Of a stretch of DNA of 64,000 nucleotides, positions 57,717 to 64,000 are shown piece by piece; the first letter of the stretch is position 1; every line of letters begins with the position of its first letter. Location of the stretch: assembly GCF_051903065.1 (NCBI RefSeq), contig NZ_CP178438.1; one strand, written 5' to 3'. A program made the position numbers and the translations under genes. The DNA is from Escherichia coli (GTDB taxonomy: Bacteria; Pseudomonadota; Gammaproteobacteria; Enterobacterales; Enterobacteriaceae). The notes under the pieces are model-generated. The model had not been told where the DNA came from and made no database searches. It saw only the letters and a program-made list of their open reading frames with translations.

Positions 57717-58457
57717 ATGGAAAAGCTATTAGACGCGTACAAACGGATATTGCAGGAAGTTAACGCCCAGTCATTTAACCTGAATGAGGATAAATACTCA
57801 GGCGTATTTTTACCCGTACCCTTTGAAGAATACTGGCATTCACCGGTAAAAATCATGCTGGTTGGACGTGAAACCGCAGGCTGGAATACGCTGAATGGTA
57901 AGAATACGATATCACGGGTGTTGGGACTTATACCTGACGTTACCATCGGGCAAGTGGTTGAAGAAGCTGTAGATCGTTACAGGAAACATCTTCCGGTACA
58001 AAATTATGGCACCGCCAACCTCAAATCACGTAGCCGCTTCACGCAATATCATTTCAGGCTGGCCCGGGAGCTTAATATCCCTCCTCAGGCTATCGTGTAT
58101 GCCAATCTACTGGCGTGGGATTACGACGGACTGACCCCTCTCAATCGCCCTCAAAATGAAGTGCAGGAAGTTATATTAGCCTCGCTGAAGCTGCTGGCGG
58201 TACAAATTAAACACCTTGAGCCTGATTTCATGATCTTTGCATCCGGAGCCCGGAGAACAGACTACATCATTAAACAGGTGCTTACTGAGCTGGGCGGTTA
58301 TGAGACTTCTTCAGTCATTCCGGGGAAGCTGTGGGAGTTCAAAACAGGTAATACAATCTGTTTCAGAATTGCCCATCCAAGGGCTATGCGCGGACACCAG
58401 AAGTACAGAGATGAGGTGATTGCACGAATTAAGCAACTTTGTACTAAGGGCGGCTAG
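57717..58457 (+). CDS. putative uracil-DNA glycosylase-like protein (assignment tentative)
   Basis: 246-aa ORF; possible UDG-like motifs VGRETAGW and AHPRAM by position only; its 3' part is duplicated at 22940-23364. Confidence 0.45.
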   Translation: MEKLLDAYKRILQEVNAQSFNLNEDKYSGVFLPVPFEEYWHSPVKIMLVGRETAGWNTLNGKNTISRVLGLIPDVTIGQVVEEAVDRYRKHLPVQNYGTANLKSRSRFTQYHFRLARELNIPPQAIVYANLLAWDYDGLTPLNRPQNEVQEVILASLKLLAVQIKHLEPDFMIFASGARRTDYIIKQVLTELGGYETSSVIPGKLWEFKTGNTICFRIAHPRAMRGHQKYRDEVIARIKQLCTKGG

Positions 58458-58629
58458 AGCATTACAACTTGCTCAGCAGGCCCCCCTTCCCGGAAGAGTA
58501 CCGGAAAACAGGCAAAGCGGCCTGGTTCTCTATGCTGGAGGCGACACGTTCAATTCGGCATTGCCAGGCTGTAGATTGCAGCTCATTGCACCCCGTGCGC
58601 ACAGGATATGCACAGGGCGTGAATTGCAT

Positions 58630-58754
58630 GCACAAAAAAACCACCCGAAGGTGGTTTCACGACACTGCTTATTGCTTTGATTATTCTGATGTTTCCCATG
58701 GTACCCGGAGCGGGACTTGAACCCGCACAGCGCGAACGCCGAGGGATTTTAAAT
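58630..58754. repeat. att direct repeat copy 3 (element-borne terminator plus the 3' 56 nt of intact leuZ)
   Basis: Matches copies 1 and 2 through gggattttaaat, after which the intact tRNA continues. Confidence 0.85.
58634..58657 (-). terminator. Rho-independent terminator of the glyW-cysT-leuZ operon (also present in att copies 1 and 2)
   Basis: Minus-strand hairpin aaccacc-ttcg-ggtggtt followed by ttttttt. Confidence 0.75.
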
Positions 58755-58785
58755 CCCTTGTGTCTACCGATTCCACCATCCGGGC
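58699..58785 (-). tRNA. leuZ: tRNA-Leu (UAA anticodon)
   Basis: Reverse complement reads GCCCGGATGGTGGAATCGGTAGACACAAGGGATTTAAAATCCC...CTCCGGGTACCA (87 nt, CCA end). Confidence 0.95.
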
Positions 58786-58797
58786 TCGGGAAGAAAG

Positions 58798-58871
58798 TGG
58801 AGGCGCGTTCCGGAGTCGAACCGGACTAGACGGATTTGCAATCCGCTACATAACCGCTTTGTTAACGCGCC
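58798..58871 (-). tRNA. cysT: tRNA-Cys (GCA anticodon)
   Basis: Reverse complement reads GGCGCGTTAACAAAGCGGTTATGTAGCGGATTGCAAATCCG...GCGCCTCCA (74 nt). Confidence 0.95.
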
Positions 58872-58924
58872 AAATTCTTCAGGCCTTTCAGCCAGACATC
58901 CGCTGACGCCGATGTCTTTTAAAC

Positions 58925-59000
<76 letters not shown>

Positions 59001-59151
59001 ATTCATCAAGCAATCAGTTAATCACTTGATTTTATTATCGTCTGGCAATCAGTGCCGCCGTTCGATGCGTTGCATTCTACTTACCTGGCGCGATGAGTCA
59101 ACGATATTTTTCACCACTTTTGATCGTTTGCTGAAAATTGCGCCGAAACGA

Positions 59152-59700
59152 TCACTGATCAAGCAAATCTGCACGCGCAGCGCTCAAATATTGCAACATT
59201 GACCACAGAGTCAGTACCGCAGCCACAAAGAAAAGTGCAATACCGGCGTACTCAACCCAAATGTTCGGACGCCACAGCAGCCATGCCAACGCCACCATCT
59301 GGGCAGTGGTTTTCACTTTCCCAATCCAGGAGACAGCCACGCTACTGCGTTTACCCAACTCCGCCATCCATTCGCGTAGCGCAGAAATAATAATTTCACG
59401 GGCGATCATCGTTGCCGCCGGTAAGGTCACCCACCAGCTGTGGTAATGCTCGGTTACCAGCACCATGGCGATAGCCACGAGAACTTTATCTGCTACAGGG
59501 TCAAGGAAAGCACCAAACCGGGTACTCTGGTTCCAGCGGCGTGCCAGAAAACCATCGAACCAGTCAGTCACCGCCGCGACGCAGAAAATGAGCGCGGCGG
59601 CAAACGGCGACCAGGTGACAGGCAGATAAAAGACCAATACAAAGAATGGGATAAGGATGACACGGAACAGTGTAAGCAACGTAGGGATATTAAATTGCAT
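59152..59700 (-). CDS. pgsA: CDP-diacylglycerol--glycerol-3-phosphate 3-phosphatidyltransferase
   Basis: 182-aa [29 protein letters not shown]; CDP-alcohol phosphatidyltransferase motif region [10 protein letters not shown]; synteny. Confidence 0.95.
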
Positions 59701-59756
59701 AATGACGGGTAACTATCTGTTGTCAGTAAGATTACCCCTATGTTGCTACAGAGACA

Positions 59757-61589
59757 TCAATGTTTCAACGACCAGAAGATCTTTTCTGCCAGACCTTGCG
59801 AAATACCCGGCACTTTTGCAATTTCCTCAACGCTGGCGTTACGTAAACCTTGCAAACCGCCCATATATTTCAACAACATTTGCCGACGTTTTGGCCCGAC
59901 GCCTTCAATGGTTTCCAGGGAACTGGTATTTTTGACCTTCGCCCGTTTCTTACGGTGCCCACCAATCGCGTGATCGTGAGATTCATCGCGAATATGCTGG
60001 ATAACATGCAGCGCGGGAGAATCTGGCGGCAAACTGAATCCCTCACCTTCCGGCTCAAAGAACAGCGTTTCCAGCCCAGCCTTACGATCTGCTCCTTTGG
60101 CAACGCCAAGTAGCAGCGGATGATTTTTATCCCATGAGACATCCAGTTCGGCGAAGACATTTTTCGCCTGCGCAAGCTGGCCTTTGCCGCCGTCGATAAG
60201 TATCACATCCGGGATCTTACTGTCGTCGATGGCTTTACCATAACGCCGACGCAGCACCTGATTCATCGCCGCATAATCATCGCCCGGCGTGATGCCTGTA
60301 ATGTTATAGCGCCGATACTCCGCACGCAGCGGGCCGTTAGCATCAAACACCACACAGGAAGCGACGGTTTGTTCACCCATGGTATGGCTGATGTCAAAGC
60401 ACTCCATCCGCTTCACTTCCGGCAATTTCAACACGCTGGCAAGCGCGGTCAGTCGCTGGTGAACGGTAGATTGCTGCGAAAGTTTGCTGGTTAAGGCCGT
60501 CGCCGCATTGGTGCGCGCGAGTTTCAGATAACGCGCCCTATCGCCGCGAGGTTTGGTTTGAACATTAATCTTGCGTCCCGCCAGTTCTGAAAGGGAATCG
60601 GCGAGCAGCGTTTTATCGCTAAGATTAAAATCGAGCAGGATCTCACCCGGTAAGGTGCGCATCTGGCTGCCTTGTAAATAGAACTGTCCTACGAAGGTTT
60701 CCACCACCTCGCTCAGTTCCGTACCGCCAGGCACTTTCGGGAAATAGCTGCGGCTGCCAAGCACTTTGCCCTGACGAATGAACAATACGTGGACACAAGC
60801 CATGCCCGCATCGAACGCCACACCAATAACGTCAAGGTCGTCGCCGGTATTGGAAACAAACTGTTTTTCGGTGACGCGTCGCACCGCCTGAATTTGGTCG
60901 CGAATACGTGCCGCTTCTTCAAACTCCAGATTGTGACTGGCAGTTTCCATACGGCTAATCAGTTGCGTAAGCACCTGATCATCTTTGCCAGACAAAAACA
61001 GGCGCACATACTCGACCTGCTGAGCGTATTCTTCTTCACTAACCAGTCCTTCAACGCACGGTCCCAGACAGCGCCCTATCTGATATTGCAGACATGGACG
61101 CGAGCGATTGCGATAAACACTATTTTCGCACTGGCGAATGGGGAAAATCTTTTGCAGTAGCGCCAGTGTTTCACGTACGGCATAGCCATTCGGGAACGGG
61201 CCGAAATATTCACCTTTGGCATGCTTCGCACCACGATGCATCGCCAGACGCGGGTGGGTATCGCCACTCAGGAAGATAAAAGGATATGATTTATCATCGC
61301 GTAGCAAAACATTGTAACGCGGCTGATAGAGTTTGATGTAGTTGTGTTCCAGCAACAGCGCTTCGGTTTCTGTATGAGTAACCGTTACATCAATTTGCTG
61401 GATCTGGGCGACCAGCGCTTCGGTTTTGCGCGAAGCGAGGTTGCTACGGAAATAGCTGGAAAGCCGTTTTTTCAGGTCTTTCGCTTTGCCGACATAGATA
61501 ACCGTACCACCAGCATCGTACATGCGATAAACGCCAGGCTGGCTGGTTACGGTTTTTAAAAACGCTTTTGCGTCAAACTGATCACTCAC
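59757..61589 (-). CDS. uvrC: excinuclease ABC subunit C
   Basis: 610-aa [45 protein letters not shown] (GIY-YIG N-terminus); synteny. Confidence 0.97.
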   Translation of the reverse strand: MSDQFDAKAFLKTVTSQPGVYRMYDAGGTVIYVGKAKDLKKRLSSYFRSNLASRKTEALVAQIQQIDVTVTHTETEALLLEHNYIKLYQPRYNVLLRDDKSYPFIFLSGDTHPRLAMHRGAKHAKGEYFGPFPNGYAVRETLALLQKIFPIRQCENSVYRNRSRPCLQYQIGRCLGPCVEGLVSEEEYAQQVEYVRLFLSGKDDQVLTQLISRMETASHNLEFEEAARIRDQIQAVRRVTEKQFVSNTGDDLDVIGVAFDAGMACVHVLFIRQGKVLGSRSYFPKVPGGTELSEVVETFVGQFYLQGSQMRTLPGEILLDFNLSDKTLLADSLSELAGRKINVQTKPRGDRARYLKLARTNAATALTSKLSQQSTVHQRLTALASVLKLPEVKRMECFDISHTMGEQTVASCVVFDANGPLRAEYRRYNITGITPGDDYAAMNQVLRRRYGKAIDDSKIPDVILIDGGKGQLAQAKNVFAELDVSWDKNHPLLLGVAKGADRKAGLETLFFEPEGEGFSLPPDSPALHVIQHIRDESHDHAIGGHRKKRAKVKNTSSLETIEGVGPKRRQMLLKYMGGLQGLRNASVEEIAKVPGISQGLAEKIFWSLKH

Positions 61590-62242
61590 TGACTTGATAA
61601 TGTCTCCGCATTACACAGACCATGGCGAATTGCCAGGTGAGTCAGCTCAACATCGCCATGAATGTTTAGTTTACTGAACATACGATAGCGGTAGCTGTTC
61701 ACCGTTTTCGGACTGAGATTGAGCTGTTCTGAGATCTCATTGACCTTCTGGCCCTTCGTGATCATCAGCATAATCTGCAATTCACGTTCAGACAAACTGG
61801 CAAATGGGCTTTCTGTTTTTTCTGGTTCGATCTGGCTTAACGCCATTTGTTGAGCGATATCAGAAGCAATGTAACGCTGCCCTGAATAGACAGAACGGAT
61901 CGCACTCACGACTTCCTGCGGAGCCGCGCCTTTGCTGAGGTAGCCCGCAGCACCGGCCTGCATGACTTTCGCTGGTAAAGGGTTTTCTGTATGGACGGTA
62001 AGCATGATGATTTTTACATCAGCTGTGGAACGCGCGATTTTACGCGTCGCCTCAAGACCGCCAATGCCCGGCATACTCATGTCCATTAGCACCACGTCAA
62101 CGGCATTTGCCCGGCACCACTTAACGGCGTCTTCACCGCACGATGCCTCACCGACGACTTTTATACCCTTTATATCTTCCAGAATGCGTCGTATCCCTGC
62201 GCGCACCAGTTCGTGGTCATCAACAAGTAGAACGTTGATCAA
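61586..62242 (-). CDS. uvrY: response regulator UvrY (BarA/UvrY two-component system)
   Basis: 218-aa [26 protein letters not shown]; receiver plus LuxR-type HTH; 4-bp overlap with uvrC. Confidence 0.97.
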   Translation of the reverse strand: MINVLLVDDHELVRAGIRRILEDIKGIKVVGEASCGEDAVKWCRANAVDVVLMDMSMPGIGGLEATRKIARSTADVKIIMLTVHTENPLPAKVMQAGAAGYLSKGAAPQEVVSAIRSVYSGQRYIASDIAQQMALSQIEPEKTESPFASLSERELQIMLMITKGQKVNEISEQLNLSPKTVNSYRYRMFSKLNIHGDVELTHLAIRHGLCNAETLSSQ

Positions 62243-62700
62243 AGGAATATCTCCAGAAATAGGGATAACGCTACTGATAGTTAGTCATTCGTATATTAGC
62301 GGTTTTTATTGCAACTTTGAAACGTTAAAAATGGTGGGTATTCGATTTTTCTCTCGTTTTTGTAAATTCGATTGTCCACAGTTATGGTCACGCCCGTCAC
62401 CAACGGCTTCCGGGATCGTTTCACAGTAAGCCCTGCGATGAAATGTGACAAAAATTGACTTTATTCAGCAAAAATGAAAATCAGCCCGCTGAATATGTAA
62501 CATTAATTAACCCGAACAATACGGGCAAAAAACATTCATGATAAAAATATTTATTGGTCATTATATTAACGCATTTAATAGCACCGTTGACGACACGCTC
62601 AAAAAACAACCACTGCTATTTTTAGCAAAGCTTATGGTATACTCCGCCGCCTTAACATTTTTCACCGCAAATTTTCATTGCAACATGACGAGGAAAATAA

Positions 62701-62925
62701 ATGAGTACGCCTGATTTTTCTACTGCCGAGAATAATCAAGAACTGGCAAATGAAGTCTCCTGCCTGAAAGCGATGCTGACGCTGATGCTGCAGGCGATGG
62801 GACAAGCTGACGCGGGCCGCGTGATGTTAAAGATGGAAAAACAGCTTGCGCTGATCGAAGACGAAACCCAGGCTGCAGTATTTTCCAAAACGGTTAAGCA
62901 AATTAAACAAGCCTACCGTCAGTAA
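62701..62925 (+). CDS. yecF: DUF2594 family protein YecF
   Basis: 74-aa [38 protein letters not shown]; synteny. Confidence 0.88.
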
Positions 62926-62930
62926 TATAA

Positions 62931-62965
62931 AACCGGCTGATAGCGTGCCTTTCAGCCGGTTTTTG
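62931..62965 (+). terminator. bidirectional Rho-independent terminator between yecF and sdiA
   Basis: Stem ccggctga/tcagccgg (62933-62940 / 62952-62959) followed by ttttt. Confidence 0.65.
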
Positions 62966-62992
62966 CATCTGGCACGCAGGACAGAAAAGAGA

Positions 62993-63715
62993 TCAAATTA
63001 AGCCAGTAGCGGCCGCGTAACAGGCAACCTGGGTCTTATTTGGTGCATTAATTTTTTTCTGCATGTTTTTCTGGTGGAAATTGACCGTATTCTCAGAGAT
63101 TGACAAAATCATCGCTATCTCTGCTGATGTCTTCCCTTCCGCCGTCCACCTCAGAATTTCTTTTTCGCGCTTGCTGAAATTCATCTCTGGCGTCATCACT
63201 ATTTCATCATTTAAACGCATCAGAGCCATCAGACTTTCGCGCACCAGTAACTGCATTTTTAATTGCAGTTCATCACTAAGAATGGGTATTTCGCGCGCGC
63301 TGCAACGGGAAAAGGACAAAAAGCCCAGCGCCCGGTTTGGCAGCATTAAATACTGAGTGACACCGCGGCGTAAACCATGTGCGCGCGCGGCTTCCCATAA
63401 CGGCTGTGCTTCGCTGAATAAGTCATCATTCCACATTAAATGGCCCTGACTAAAGTTTTCAGGGTTCAGCACCGGATCAATTGCGAGAAAGTTTTTTGCC
63501 TGATAATAACTAACCCACGCCTCAGGGTAATTGGTGTAAAAAGCCACTTTAGGTCGCGTGAATGGTACCGGGTGGCGAACACATAACGAATAGTAATCGT
63601 ACTCCAGCAGCTGAGCCTGAAGCTCTATTTCATGGTAGACCTCTTCTGCGGCCTCCATCCTCTGAAAACGCAACAGCATCGTGCGACGCCAGCTGAAAAA
63701 ATCCGTATCCTGCAT
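62993..63715 (-). CDS. sdiA: LuxR-family quorum-sensing regulator SdiA
   Basis: ORF 62993..63727; canonical start MQDTDFFSWRRTMLLRFQRM gives 240 aa; C-terminal LuxR HTH. Confidence 0.95.
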   Translation of the reverse strand: MQDTDFFSWRRTMLLRFQRMEAAEEVYHEIELQAQLLEYDYYSLCVRHPVPFTRPKVAFYTNYPEAWVSYYQAKNFLAIDPVLNPENFSQGHLMWNDDLFSEAQPLWEAARAHGLRRGVTQYLMLPNRALGFLSFSRCSAREIPILSDELQLKMQLLVRESLMALMRLNDEIVMTPEMNFSKREKEILRWTAEGKTSAEIAMILSISENTVNFHQKNMQKKINAPNKTQVACYAAATGLI

Positions 63716-63944
63716 AGTAAACCGCAACGCCCCTGAGAGTGAGTATCATTTATAATGATAATTCAAACTATCACATAAATAAGATTTATATATAATTTAT
63801 ATTATTCAGGCAATGAATTACTTTTGCAAGCCATCACATTCTCTTATGTTATTAATGAGTTATGCTGATTTGTTAAGCAGTTTTATCAGGCTTGAAATGG
63901 CGTTCCGCCCCGACTGTCGAATCGTCGGGGCTGATTTTTTCTTA

Positions 63945-64000
63945 TTATTGCAGCAGAAACTTCTCGAGGAACTGGCGGGTGCGAGGCTGCTTGGGATCGG
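63945..64000 (-). CDS. tcyN: C-terminal end of ABC transporter ATP-binding protein YecC/TcyN (5' part beyond window)
   Basis: Reverse translation of the window end reads ...RQFLEKFLLQ then stop; position matches K-12 synteny after sdiA; only 18 codons visible. Confidence 0.5.
   Translation of the reverse strand, partial: DPKQPRTRQFLEKFLLQ

Noticed and set aside
63897-63940. Hairpin ccccgac...gtcgggg followed by a T-run, as a terminator
   Set aside because: Oriented for a plus-strand transcript, but the flanking genes sdiA and yecC are both minus-strand; function unclear, so not called.

Overview
This window is Escherichia coli chromosome in K-12-like synteny: tap(partial)-tar-cheW-cheA-motB-motA-flhC-flhD, uspC, otsAB, araHGF, ftnB, yecJ, azuC, yecR, ftnA, yecH, tyrP, yecA, then the leuZ-cysT-glyW tRNA operon, pgsA, uvrC, uvrY, yecF, sdiA and the start of yecC/tcyN. 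Between yecA (21099) and leuZ (58699) lies about 37 kb of accessory DNA integrated at the 3' end of tRNA-Leu, bounded and subdivided by three direct att repeats at about 21223, 23538 and 58630. I read it as a pipolin-type integrative element: it encodes a family-B DNA polymerase with piPolB-like motifs, two P4-type tyrosine recombinases, an AlpA-like excisionase and a possible UDG-like protein. Its cargo is a stack of defence modules: a 1915-aa DUF4011/SF1-helicase/Vsr-like nuclease protein, a two-gene DUF262 (GmrSD-like) module, and a type I R-M operon (hsdM-hsdS-hsdR plus a DUF45/M48 peptidase). The most unusual feature is a paralogue of the neighbouring chromosomal yecA embedded between hsdS and hsdR. 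Other candidates for undescribed functions are a WYL regulator plus alpha/beta-hydrolase pair and several AT-rich orphan genes. The island is scarred by IS elements: two full IS1 copies, a truncated IS1 beside an IS3-family fragment, and an IS903-like element that splits a small ORF just upstream of the polymerase. All calls are from reading the sequence and ORF translations; no database search was run, so family assignments rest on recognised motifs and synteny.
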